From: the human T2T-CHM13v2.0 reference genome, Homo sapiens
Assembly: GCF_009914755.1 (NCBI RefSeq)
Contig: NC_060937.1
DNA: 64,000 nt
Strand: one strand, 5' to 3'
Below, piece after piece: positions 37,055 through 49,226 of the stretch; the first letter of the stretch is position 1; the number at the start of each line of letters is the position of its first letter. Below the pieces are notes generated by a model. It was not told the origin of the DNA. It was given only the letters and a program-made list of their open reading frames with translations, and did no database searches. The translations under genes and the position numbers were made by a program.

Positions 37055-37198
37055 TGTATATTGACAAATTATAGTTGTATGTATTTATGGGATACAAAGC
37101 AGTGTTGTGATTTTTTTAATGCAATGTGAAATGATTAAATTAAGCTAATTAATATATTTACCACTTCAAATATTTAACAGTTTTTGTGATGAGAACAT
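37055..37198 (-). mobile_element. L1MA 3' end fragment
   Basis: ttgacaaattatagttgtatgtatttatgggatacaaa...gaaatgattaaattaagctaattaa...tttgtgatgagaacat. Confidence 0.8.
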
Positions 37199-37380
37199 AA
37201 GAAAGAAGTTTTAAAACCCCTTTTGACAAAGCAAATATGCTACAGTCCCTGGTGACAAGCAATGCTATTAATAGGAGAGGTTTTGTTAGATTTCTGGATA
37301 TTTCTTTGACTACAGGCAGTTGAAAACGCTTACACCCTCTCACTTTATTCATGTCTCTAGGGACTAGGCTCATTCTACCC

Positions 37381-37792
37381 TTAGTCTGGTGCAATTTCAC
37401 ATGCTGTTCTCTCTTTTGTAAATCATGCTTCAAATTCACATGATTTAGTCATCAGTTGAAAATCAGTTGCTCATGGATCAATAAGATCTCCCTTCTTTTT
37501 TCTGTTTTCATGGAAAAGCAAAGGTGTCTTTCACATATTTCACTGCAGTTAAGAACACAGTGAGCTTCAAACTTTTCTGTAATATCTTTGTTATCATTTC
37601 TTCTGCTATAATCAGAATTACTCCTTATATCCTGAGCTTTTGTTTATTTTTTATGGAGAAATAACAAGATCTCTCAAATGCATTAGCTCCACATTCAATT
37701 CTAGGTTGCTTAAATTTTTGCTTCTATTTGCTCCAATTTTCTGCTGCATTTCTTTTAAAGCTTAACTTTCTTGGAGGCTTTAATTGGTCCAT
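37381..37792 (-). pseudogene. gag: Fossil Ty3/Gypsy gag (N-terminal ~135 codons, stops and two frameshifts), MamGypsy-like
   Basis: Hand translation from ATG at 37792: MDQLKPPRKLSFKRNAAENWSK*KQKF / LLFLH..TKAQDI..ITEKFEAHC..SEICERHLCF / GDLIDP*ATDFQLMTKSCEFE..TKERTACEI, collinear with Gypsy gag motifs N.AENW..WKQ.F, LH, KFE..C.P.N...ERH.F, GE..D...T.L...AK.CEF, IRDRIVCGI. Confidence 0.8.
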
Positions 37793-37796
37793 TTTT

Positions 37797-38150
37797 AATT
37801 CCCTTCGACATCATGTAATTATTGGTTTCCCTTGTAGGAAAAAAACATACCAGACTCTTGTTGTTAAATATAAAGTATTTTATTGTAGGACTTCTGTGAG
37901 CACTTCAAATTGACCTTTTGTGTGGTATGTATGGAGTCAGCACTGTACAATACAGCCCCATGTAGTATTCAAATATTTTAAACAGATCTCTACTTGCTAC
38001 ACCAGATAATCTCTTGCTTAACTTATGTTCCTCCAGAATGTTCCTGCTATCTTTATTACAGTGACCTTGAGGTTGTATTCACTTCTGGCCAATTAAGCTG
38101 TAAATCAGAATTTATCACTAATAGTGGTGCAATTATAGGCTGCTGTGAAA
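37797..38150 (-). mobile_element. Putative Gypsy 5' LTR end and primer-binding site upstream of the gag fossil
   Basis: Minus strand reads AATAAA (37884-37879) ... ataattaCA|TGATGTCGAAGGGAAT then gag ATG; resembles the tRNA-Leu-type PBS TGGTGTCAGAAGTGGGAT; distal LTR boundary is a guess. Confidence 0.55.
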
Positions 38151-39689
38151 TTGCTCAGCAAAGAGAGATATCTGTATACATTTAGGTTTTGTTTATTTGC
38201 CAAAGAACAGACAAACTTAGAGCAACTGCAGCCTGCTATACTCCCTCACTCAAAAAACACAAGAAGTTTATCTGGTATATTTATTCTTCATTCTCCTAAA
38301 AATATGTACCATATCCTATATTCATTTATGTACATTTAGTAAAATTGACTCAAAAATTAAGTTTTATTAGACATAAAATATAAACATATGTATAATATTG
38401 AACTATATTTAACCATGTAAAATATAAAACTTCGCTAGCCATTGGTGTTTAAAATTGTTGCACCTTCATTAATTGTATGGACACTGCCAAAAGCACAGGT
38501 TTGAATGGCTAATTGCTTTTTCATTTGAAGGATGAAACAGGCAATCTGTGTTGAATTTGGTCATGAGATGTTCTCATTTACATTTGTAATTTGTGTGAGC
38601 TCTAGTCAACACAGGAACCAAATGTCAACTCTCTAAAAGAAGGCCAGAAATCTAAGTGAACACAGGACAATTATGGGAAGGTGTGCACATTTTCATTTCT
38701 CTATATTTCAGAGAACAGAGCACTGTTAGGAGTATAAACAAGTTGCAGCAGAGGCTGGAGCATCAAATGCACTGTGAGTGCAATGTCTTCTGATATTTCT
38801 TTGAAACAAGATCTCCTGTAAATCTGTGATTTGTTGTAATGTTGCTTGATATCATTGCTGCTTTGGCACACACTGTCAATCATTTAAATATGTGATTCAA
38901 GGACATATATTATGAATATATTTTTACTCCATGGATCACTTTATTATGTGTAAGAACACTCAGTTTTTGCTATGGAGAATATCTGTGTATATATTTAATA
39001 TTTTGGATTGTTACAAGTGTACTAAATTTAAACTGATGCTGAGTGTTGAAAATCACTGATTTAGAGGTTAAATCCATATGAAAGAGAGAATCAAAGTCTA
39101 AAATATTTAAAATTAAAGAGATATTTAAAAGTTTTGTTATTTACATTAATTATAAGTCCTTTTACAAGTTAGGTATGTGAAAATTATCAAGTAACACAAA
39201 ATTATCAAGTAACTCATTTTACAAGAAACAAACAACGTATTTACTTGAAGGATAACACTAAACTCAATGCCTTTGCTATGCAAATGATGTTGTAACTGGC
39301 ATAATATCAGAAAATAGTGTAATAGCCTAATAATATCAGGTCCATTAGTTAGAAAAATGTGTCCAACTATTTCTTCAAGAATTAATTTAAGAGACAACAT
39401 GTTAAAGGTAGGATTTGATTTTAGTGCATATTAATGTGTATTTGGGGGTCATTTAAAATATAATTGATTGTATCCTTTCTTGTATTTCTCTTGATCACCT
39501 TTAAGTCATGAGATGAACTTAGATTCCTTCGTATTCTCCACTTAAAATATACTTATATTTATATATTGCATTTCAAACCTATTTTTAATTTTGTTTAGAT
39601 TATCTATGTTTAAGTAAAAATGGACCCCTCATTTAAAAATCTATGTTTAATCTAGACATGGAATATAAGCTATTTTAGTTTCTCCAGAA

Positions 39690-40440
39690 ATGCTCGAAAA
39701 TAGGCATGTACTAGGTACTCTAAGGGATACAACAGGGAATCTAAAAATACATCCTTTAGAAAGAGAAAAGAGACCAATGTACCTATAACTGGAACACAAT
39801 GTAAAAAGGATCATCATAGATTACACAAATCCTCAAAGAAAGACATTGAGCAGATATGGTTTGCAGTAGCATGGGAAAGAGATGGACCACAAAGAGAAAA
39901 TCTAGAAAATGGTTTCTGAGTTGAGCTTTAACAAAGAAGACTTTGATACACAAAAGTAACATGGCTTGGGAAGATTTTTACAATGTTTTCATTTTGCAAA
40001 ATAGAAGGAGGGTGACTCAGTGAATGACTCAGTGTGGCAAAGAAGGATCATATGTGGATAGAAAATGTGGGCAAAAAGGTAGACAGAAAAGGTAGAAGGC
40101 TACAAACATCTGGATAAATAAGAATCGTGGGCTTTACCTTTATGTTTTGGAGAAATCCTGAGGATTTTGAAAGGATAATTATAATCTTATTTTTAAAAAT
40201 TTAAATTGACCTAAATGTTCAGTATTGACTACAACAGGCACAAGGATCACTGGAAAATACATGAACTAAAGGCAGGAGTCTGTAAAGACCTGTTTTAGGT
40301 TTTATCCACGAAATAGAAAATAGGCCACACATTTGATGGGTGTGATACATACAGCTAATGCCAGAAAAATGTGAAGTTATAAGAATATATAAAATACCAA
40401 GGAGGAAAATAGAAGTCCCAAGGCAATAATCTTAAGAAAA
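39690..40440 (-). mobile_element. Highly decayed L2
   Basis: aggcatgtactaggtactctaagggatacaacaggg, tgagttgagcttt and gggctttaccttt antisense L2 motifs. Confidence 0.5.
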
Positions 40441-40471
40441 CTCTTAGGAGAAGTAAAAAAAAAAGTCTATG

Positions 40472-40811
<340 letters not shown>

Positions 40812-41015
40812 TCATATCCTGTATCTTCATAAAGCCATTTTAAGCACTATCATTAATTGGAGTTTCATTTTCTGGAAAGGCAGGTAAGAGTAATGGAAGT
40901 TTGCTGAGCTAAGAAATAGACAGCTAGGTTTCAAATCCATCATCAGATACAGGATTTCATACAAGTCACTGAAATTCTATGAGCTTCTATAAACTCATAG
41001 AATTATCCACCTTTA

Positions 41016-41310
<295 letters not shown>

Positions 41311-41519
41311 AGAAATAACTCCACCTTTACAATGTGGTATATCTACTAACTTAAATACTTTTGTGTGATAAAGTTATGTTTAATCCCTACATTTAGCCTG
41401 GCATCTGTAAAGAGAAAACCGTCATGCATGTCAAGAATATAATCCAGTTCTTCCCAATTAATGGAGCTACAAAGCTTAAAAACACAACCTATAGCTCTTC
41501 TAAAATACAGCATTAATTT

Positions 41520-42065
41520 GGCCATTTATTTATCCATTCAATTAAACTATATTAGTAGAAAATACCTATGTGTCAGATACTGTGTTAGGAGAAGCACAAC
41601 AAGCAAAGCTAAAAAGGTCTCTTCTCTCAAAAACTATAGATCTTAGTTACAAAAAAAGGAATAAGCAAATTAAAAATTTTAAAAGCTACCCTGAAAATAA
41701 ACAGTGAGAAACTCAGGAGGGTTGTGGTGGTGGTGAGCAAGAGAGTAGCTAGCAATAGTGCGGCCAGGGTAATCCCTGAGATAGGAAGAATGAGCAAGAG
41801 CCCACCATGCTTGGGAGAACTTTCCAGAAAGATTATTTATGCTCTGTCACTCACATCTCAGCTATCTCAGTTGCATGATATATCCCAAGCAATGTGCTTC
41901 TAACAATGCTAACCATAATCAAGCTATTTTCTCTCTGCCTTAGGTTTCTTATTTTTAAATTAGTCTAACATTACTACCTGACTCTTAAAATTTTTGTGAG
42001 CATTAAATCAGCTAATGTTGGTAAAGTGTATGATATGTAATGAATTCAAGTTATTTACTAATAAC
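41520..42065. mobile_element. L2 (minus, about 41520-41830) and MIR (plus, about 41880-42065) fragments
   Basis: aatacctatgtgtcagatactgtgttagg; tctctgccttaggtttcttatttttaaat...tgtgagcattaaatcagctaatg. Confidence 0.55.
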
Positions 42066-42291
42066 AATATCTTTGAAGTCTATATGTGATTTCTTTTTAT
42101 ACATACATGCATAACACATTGTGCAAATTTGCAGGTATCTATGTATATGTATATACAGGTACATAGAATAGGTACAAGGTTGTCTTTATTTTAATAGCAT
42201 TCCTGTTTGTTTTCTAGTGAATTTTATTGAGCATTTTAAAAGTCGTAGCATTAAAACTAACATTAGAATCTGCATTCAATACAGAACATGC

Positions 42292-42635
42292 CTTTTAGGA
42301 TGCTGCAGTAACAAAAAGAACTCAGAAGTTTCAGTGACTTAATGAAATACAGTTAACTTCTTACACATGCAAAGTCTGAAGCAGGTCAGACAGCGTTCTC
42401 CCATATTGGTGGCTAAGCCATCAGAAACAGGGAACTTCAAAGATACACCAACAGGTGAAGAGAAATCTAGGAAACAGTAGAAAGTATAAAGAATAGATCC
42501 AAAAGGGACCCATCTCACTTCTGTCCACATACCTTGGCCAGAACTCAGTCATGCAACCCAAACTAGCTTCAAGGGAAATGGGTGATACAGGCTTACAGAT
42601 ATCCCATGTGCCCAGAAAGAGAAAATGTGCAGTGT
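42292..42635 (-). mobile_element. Old MLT1 LTR
   Basis: gctgcagtaacaaaaagaactcagaagtttcagtgacttaa...cacttctgtccacataccttggccagaactcagtcatg. Confidence 0.7.
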
Positions 42636-43084
42636 GATATATATATATATAGTAATATTAATGGTTGTAGTAATGTAAAAAATACATTTATAAAATTTGC
42701 ATTAACAGACAAAATAATAAGTCATAAATCTGATATATTTGAATTTAGTTCTATCTCTTCAGATTTTGGACAAATATATTTTATTTATTGGCACACATTT
42801 CCTTTTAGTTTTAACACCAGTTTGTCTCTATTTCTAATTATTGTGCAGAAGAATTAAGAAAGCATATCTAAATATGCATTATAAACTGTAATAACTATAA
42901 TGCAGTAGAAAACCATACAATTGGTGACAGTCAATATATAATATTTATCAAATATATGTATGTACAAGTATACACACACACACAAACACACATTGTCTTA
43001 CAGAAACTCTTAAATTGCTATCTGGCTCTTTTATTTAACTTGTCTTGAATATTTTCACAAATCTCCAACAAGACAGTAAAATAC

Positions 43085-43580
43085 TTTAAGGTATTTGGAG
43101 TTATAAGAGACTGAGAATGCTAAACACACAGTCAATTCTCAATAAATATTTGTTGAATGAGTAAACAGGGTCAGCTGGTGGAGGAGATTTCATGCCTGGC
43201 TGAGGAATTTGAATTTATCCCACAAGGACAACCGTAGAAAGTTTTTTTGCAGAGAAGTAGCATGATGAAAACAGTAATTTAGAAATGTTACTATGTCATT
43301 GGATACAGAAATAATGAGAGGGGAAGGTTGGAGAGGAAAACTAATCAAGAAGCTATTGCAGTAATTCCATATGTGAGCCAGGGCTTGAATAGTGGCAGTT
43401 GAAAGAGAAATAAGGAACAAATACAAGAGATATTTTAAATAAAACTTGGTGAATTATTAAATGGCAAATTATTGAACATACAGGGAAAGGGAGGCAAAAA
43501 TCAAAGATTACTTGAAGGTACTGAATTTAGAAGCTAGGAAAAAAGAGTCACACTGTTGATGGAGAAAGAGCCACTGAAAT
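43085..43580. mobile_element. L2 fragments (plus-strand 3' end then minus-strand body)
   Basis: ctcaataaatatttgttgaatgag; ctgaggaatttgaatttatcc...aagaagctattgcagtaattcc. Confidence 0.65.
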
Positions 43581-43915
43581 GAAATGATCTGTAGGGATCA
43601 TAAGCACATACATGTTGATCTCAGAGGCAGCTGTGTTACCACTCACCAGTAATTCTAAAGACGTGTGAGAGAATGTATACACATTAGTACTTTTGAGATA
43701 AATTTGTTTTATTCTAAACAACTTCATTTAAAGAATATTAAACATTATTTTGGGAGATTGGAATAGTGTGTTTTATATTAATTTAGGTTCTAAGGTTGCA
43801 AAACACTATTAATACAATGCTCACAAAATAGCCTTTTTCAAGGAAATAATAATCATTTCCATTTCTAAATAACCTGTAATTAAATTAGAAGAGAAATATT
43901 TTTGGTGACTAAAAG

Positions 43916-44831
43916 TGAAATAGGAAAAGGTCCCTTGTGTCCCTCGCAGGGCATGCGATGGGGGTGTGACTCACTTCTTCAGTGCATCGCTGCTCAAACC
44001 TCTAGGGGAGCAAACAGACAGGCAGGCTGTGGGGCTCTCACCCCACGGCAGTATCTAGGGGTGAATGTTTACTGGGGCTTACCTCTGAAGCCCCAGTGGG
44101 CATGTGTTACAGGGTGGTCTTTTAGTTTAGCCATCTGTAGGCAGCTTGTGTTCGTCAGCTCAATTAGATCCCTGCATTATTATCAGGACAGAGAGATTTC
44201 TGTATCCCAGAGTTCTTGCCTTGATGTACCGGAAGAATCAGATCACACATGCACTTGGAGAACGAGTGCAAGGTTTTATTGAGTGGAAGTAGCTCTCAGC
44301 ACATGGGGGAGCCAGAAGGGAGATGGTTTTTCCTCTGGAGTTGGGCTGCTCCGTGGCCAGGCTCTCATCCCACAGCCCCAGCTAAACTCCATGTCATTCT
44401 GCCAGTCAGTGGCCTGCTGACCTGCAATCACCTGTTGGTGTGCTTTTCTGCTGGCGTGATTCCCCTCAACATCCTGTCGAAGTCCAGCTGCTTGTGTCTT
44501 CTTCCGCCAATGTGTTACTCCTGATGTCCAGCCGCCTGTGTGTTTCTCCACTGATGATCTCCTCTCAACATCCAGCCACCTGTGTGTCTGCCTGTTAGGG
44601 TCTCGGGGGGCTTATTGGCACAGGATGGGGGCGTGGCAGGCCAGGGTGGTCTTGGGAAATGCAATATTTGGGCAGAAAAACAAAATGCCTATCCTCACCT
44701 AGGTCCATGGGCACAGGCCCAGGGGTGAAGCCCTAGCCAGGGACCACGCCCTCCTCTACACAGCACTTCCCTTCCCCCTTCCATATCATTTAAAGCAGCC
44801 ATGCCCTTTCCAGCACTTCCCTTCTGTATCA
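43916..44831 (-). mobile_element. 3' LTR of the provirus (916 bp)
   Basis: tgaaataggaaaaggtccc...cttctgtatca; preceded on the minus strand by PPT agagggagaaaa (44843-44832). Confidence 0.92.
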
Positions 44832-45084
44832 TTTTCTCCCTCTGAAGACGTATATCTAACTGTCATTAGAATATGGATGATGACCAGTCTTAGCTGCTTC
44901 CTGCTGACAGGGGACGTTGTTTTGGGGAAAATGGCAGTCAGGTTTCTCCCAAAGGCCTATCTAAGGGTTCCTCACAAAGGGGAGCCATCGTCTGAGGCTC
45001 TGGTTGCCTGACCATTTGGAATTTGATGGCTTCTAGGAGTGAGAGAAAAAACAAAAGTTTTATAAGGGTAAGAGTTCAGATATG

Positions 45085-45734
45085 TGGGTGAAATTCTGGA
45101 AAGGCTCTATGTATCTATCAGGGTCATCTGAAAACTTGCGAAGATCTCCCTTAATTTGCTTTAAGTCCTGTAGAGAGAAGGGGAGCTGGACCTCACTGGG
45201 CCCAAATTCACTGGGCATCTGTTGGAGGGGCAAGAGTAAGACTGGGGATTGTCTACAGTGAGGATTTCTAGGAGGGGGCAAGTGAGAAGCTGAAGCTGAA
45301 TAGGGAGGTTGGGGGACCAGGAGCAGGGCTGGAGGGAGCTGGCTCCTTTGCTGGGAGTGCCTCTGGGACTCATATTTTTAATTCCCTGGGCTTGCCCCTT
45401 ACTGCCCTCCCTAAGATGGAAAACAGGAGGACTGGAACAATCCTACATTGTTGACAAAGGTCTGGATAGCCTTGCAAGGTATAGAAAGCTGAGGCCTCAG
45501 ACCATCCGTCCTCACATCTACAGAAAAGTTCCAATTGCCAGATGGTATCAAAATGAATGGTCACTTTCTGAGGCTAAACCAGTCCTTCCTGTAAATCATA
45601 ATTTGGCGAAACATTTGTGCAGAGGGCTATGAGCCATTTTTCATCCAGATTCTGAAAGTCAAACAGTCCCAACTGTTCAGGACACACTCCCGAAGAGTAA
45701 AAGATGGGGGTGGTGAAGAGAACTGGTTGCCCAT
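45085..45734 (-). pseudogene. gag: Disrupted gammaretrovirus-like gag (MA to start of CA)
   Basis: ATG at 45734 gives MGNQ (myristoylation glycine); TIHFDTIWQLELFCRCEDGWSE (MA); VQLPFSLQDLKQIKGDLRKFSDDPDRYIEPFQ (CA N-terminus as in ERV9/HERV-W gag); stops and frameshifts present. Confidence 0.9.
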
Positions 45735-45863
45735 TCTGAAAGACAGGGAATACAGGTGTCCCTCATTCCCCTCCTTCTTTCAGAGAAAACTCAGCTTGTG
45801 ATGGAGAGTTTAGAAAGCGAGCATCCTCCTTTCACTTTCCACCACTTGTCTCTGAGCCCCAAT

Positions 45864-47122
45864 TGTGTCCAGAATTGGTGGGTTCTTGGTCTCACTGACT
45901 TCAAGAATGAAGCTGCAGACCCTCGCGGTGTTACAGTTCTTAAAGGTGGTGTGTCCGGACTTTGTTCCTTCTGATGTTCAGATGCATTAGGAGTTTCTTC
46001 TTTCTGGTGGATGCATGGGCTCGCTGGCTTCAAGAGTGAAGCTGCAGACCTTCCCAGTGAGTGTTACAGCTCTTAAGGGGGTGTGTCTGGAGTTGTTCAT
46101 TCCTCCCGGTGGGTTTGTGGTCTCGCTGGCCTCAGGAGTGAAGCTGCAGACCTTTGCCGAGAGTGTTATAGCTCATAAACGCAGTGTGTACCCAAAGAGT
46201 GAGCACCAGCAAGATTTATTGCAAAGAGTGAAAGAACAAAGCTTCCACAGCGGGTAAAGGAACCTCCGTGGGTTGCCACTGCTGGCTGGGGCAGCCTACT
46301 TCTATTTCCTTATCTAGCCCCACCCACATTCTGCTGATTGGTCCATTTTACAGACAGCTGATTGGTCCATTTTGACAGGGTGCCGACTGGTGCATTTACA
46401 AACCTTGAGCTAGACAGAGAGTGCTGATTGGTGTATTTACAATCCCTTATCTAGACATACAGGTTCTCCAAGTCCCCACTAGACTTAGGAGCCCAGCTGG
46501 CTTCACTTAGTGGATCCTGCACAAGGGCCCCAGGTGGAGCTGCCTGCTAGTCCCTCCCAGTGCGCACGCACTCCTCAGCCCTTGGGCCGTCAATGGGACC
46601 GGGCGCCAGGGAGCAGGGGGCGGCGCTCATTGGGGAGGCTCAGACGGCCCAGGAGCCCACAGGGGTGGGGAGGCTCAGGCATGGCTGGCTGCAGGTCCTG
46701 AGCCCCACCCCGCGGGGGTGCAGCTGAGGCCCGGCGAGAATTCCAGCGCAGCGCAGCGCTGGCGGGCCGGCACTGCTGGGGGACCCGGCTCACCCTCCGC
46801 AGCTGCTGGCCCAGGTGCTAAGCCCTTCACTGCCTGGGGCTGGCGGCGCCGGCCGCTCAGAGTGTGGGCCGCGGAGCCCACGCCTACCCGGAACTCACGC
46901 TCGCCCTGGAGAGCGGGTGTGCAGCCCCAGTTCCCGCCCGCGCCTCTCCCTCCACACCTCTCTGCAAGCAGAGGGAGACGGCTCCAGCCTCAGCCAGCCC
47001 AGAGACGGGGTCCCACAGTGCAGCGGCAGGCTGAAGGGCTCCTCAAGCGTGGCCCGAGGAGACGCCAAGGCCCAGGAAGCGCTGAGAGCGAGAGACGGCC
47101 GCCAGCACGTTGTCACCTCTCA
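45864..47122 (-). mobile_element. LTR12 (ERV9) solo LTR nested in the provirus leader
   Basis: tgtgtccagaattggtgggttcttggtctcactgacttcaagaatgaag...ttgtcacctctca; TSD caat/cagt; CCAAT repeats 46330-46440; CpG-rich U3. Confidence 0.95.
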
Positions 47123-48221
47123 CAGTGACCTTGGCAGATGCGGTATGTACCCATGAAGCAGGGAAAACCTGGAGAATAGGAATTAACCACCCTCACCTAT
47201 GCCTCCGTTTCTCCCTGATGTCGGCAAACTTTGAGTTTCTTAGGCCTGTTTATGCCATGGAGCACGTCCTCCTTCCGTGGGGTGGGCTCAGTGAGCAGGA
47301 ATTGGTCCTGCCCCTTTACATTGTGCGTGTTGTTTGGATCCCTCAGACCTGATTTTGCTTTCTAGGTCCGCAGCCTGAAGCTTGGAATTGAGTTTGGGAC
47401 TGAAAAGGTATTTTAGAGTCTGTATTCGTTTAGAGCATCTCAAATGTGCCCTGCCGAATTTGCATTTCTCAGCCAGCAGGAGTTGTTCCTCCATTAACTT
47501 CCCTATCAGGAACAGAGTGAGGCCCGGGGTGGAGGTGGCTCTCACTTAGAAAAGGAAAAAAAGAGAAAAACAGTTAAAGGGGCAAAACAGGGAGATGTTT
47601 GGAGAAGAACACCTTGCTTAGTGCAAGTGGGCCCCTGTAATAGTCATAACTTTCCCATCCTTCCTCCAGTTCGGATCAGGTTGAATTCCTTGGCCAGGGG
47701 AGGAAAGGTTCCGTTGCCGCAGTGGGTAAGAAGCACCCTGCAGGGTCCCGACTGTTGCCTCAGCTTCCTTTTGCACCTCCTTTTGTATTTTTGGATGTTG
47801 GGCTTGGCTTTTGCCTGCTGCGGGCATGCCCAGGCACCCGAGATGGGAAGAGAAAGGGTAACAGAAGATGCCCTGAGCTGTGCGTGCCTGCGGCTGTCAA
47901 GGTGGAGGCATACATGGCACCTTTAGGAACAAGTTGTTTGTTCTGCACCTTTGGCAGCTGAGCCAGTTATTAGTAACATTAGTGCAGCCTGTAGCAAAAC
48001 TCTTAACATTATAAAGAAAGAGATATGAGCCATTTTAAACCGTGTGAGAAGGAGAAAAGAGACAAGGTCTGGGGCTTTTGACCCACCCAGTTAGGGCAGA
48101 GTTTTTAAACTCCATGAAGAAAAATAGAGCCTCTTACCTGCAGGAAAGAGAGAGAGGTGGCAGGATTTTGGAAGAGAGGCAGACCCAATAGTTTCACATT
48201 CGTTCATACTCACCTTCCAGG

Positions 48222-48238
48222 ATCCCAGATAAGCCCCA
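48222..48238 (-). promoter_or_regulatory. tRNA-Pro primer-binding site, followed by a major splice-donor-like site
   Basis: Minus strand TGGGGCTTATCTGGGAT versus Pro PBS TGGGGGCTCGTCCGGGAT, 2 nt after the LTR end; AAG|GTGAGT at about 48216-48208. Confidence 0.85.
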
Positions 48239-48240
48239 GT

Positions 48241-49110
48241 TGAAAGGGGAAAAGGTCCCTTGGCCCCCTCGCAGGGCTTGCGATGGGGTGTGCCTCACTT
48301 CTTCAGTGCACCACTGCTCAAACCTCTAGAGGAGCAAACAGATGGGCAGGCTGTGGGGCTCTCACCCCACGGCAGTGTCTAGGGGTGAATGTTTACTGGG
48401 GCTTACTCCTGGAGCTCAATGGGCATGTGTCACAAGGTGCTCTTTTAGTTTAGCTGTCTGTACACAGCTTGTGTTAGTCAGCTCAATTAGACTCCTGCTT
48501 ATTCACGAGGACAGAGGGCTTTCTGTATCCTGGGGTTCTTGCCTTGGTGTAGGAGAAGAATCAGATCACAAGTGGGCTTGGAGAATGAGTGCAAGGGTTT
48601 TTTTGGGTGGAAGTAGCTCTCAGCAGATCAGGGAGCCAGAAGGGAGATGGTTTCCCCTGGAGTCTGGCCGTTTGGTGGCCGGGCTTTTCTCCCACTGCCC
48701 CAGCCAAACTCCCCGTCGTTCTGCCAGTCAGTGGCCTGCTGGCTTGCCAGCGTCTGTTGGTGTGCACTTAACACTGCTATGGCCCCCTCAACATCCTCTG
48801 GACATCCAGCCGTTTGTGTCTTCTTCCCCTGATATGCTGCTCTCGATGCGCAGCTACCTGTGTGTCTGCCTTCTGTGGTCTCGGGGGTTTTTATAGGCAC
48901 AAGATGGGGGTGTGCCAGGCCAGGGTGGTCTCGGGAAATGCAACATTTGGGCAGGGAAACAAAATGCCTGTCCTCACCTAGGTCCATGGCCACAGGCCCA
49001 GGGGTGGAGCCCTAGCCAGGGACCACAACCTCCCCTACCCAGCGTTTCCCTTCCCCCTTCCCTATCATTTTAAGGGACCATGCCTTTTCCCGCACTTCCT
49101 TTTCGTATCA
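48241..49110 (-). mobile_element. 5' LTR of the provirus (870 bp)
   Basis: tgaaaggggaaaaggtccc...tttcgtatca; collinear with 43916-44831; TATAAAA on the minus strand near 48890. Confidence 0.92.
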
Positions 49111-49226
49111 TAAGTAGATTATAAAATATGTCACACAGATTAGGTCTCAATTAGAATTAGCCAAAACCATTGTATAAGCTATTTTCCATTCCAAAAGTTA
49201 GAATTGTTCATGATTCCTTGGTTTTG

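Larger units (their letters stand above)
43916..49110 (-). mobile_element. Two-LTR ERV1 provirus of HUERS-P type (LTR1/LTR27/LTR28 group), internally deleted with no pol, containing a nested LTR12
   Basis: Homologous LTRs 43916-44831 and 48241-49110 (TG...CA); Pro-tRNA PBS, splice donor, partial gag, env-tail-like segment and PPT in correct minus-strand order; flanks aaag/taag. Confidence 0.9.

Noticed and set aside
48342-48896. 184-aa ORF
   Set aside because: Antisense within an ERV1 LTR; the frame is broken in the partner LTR (43902-44524)
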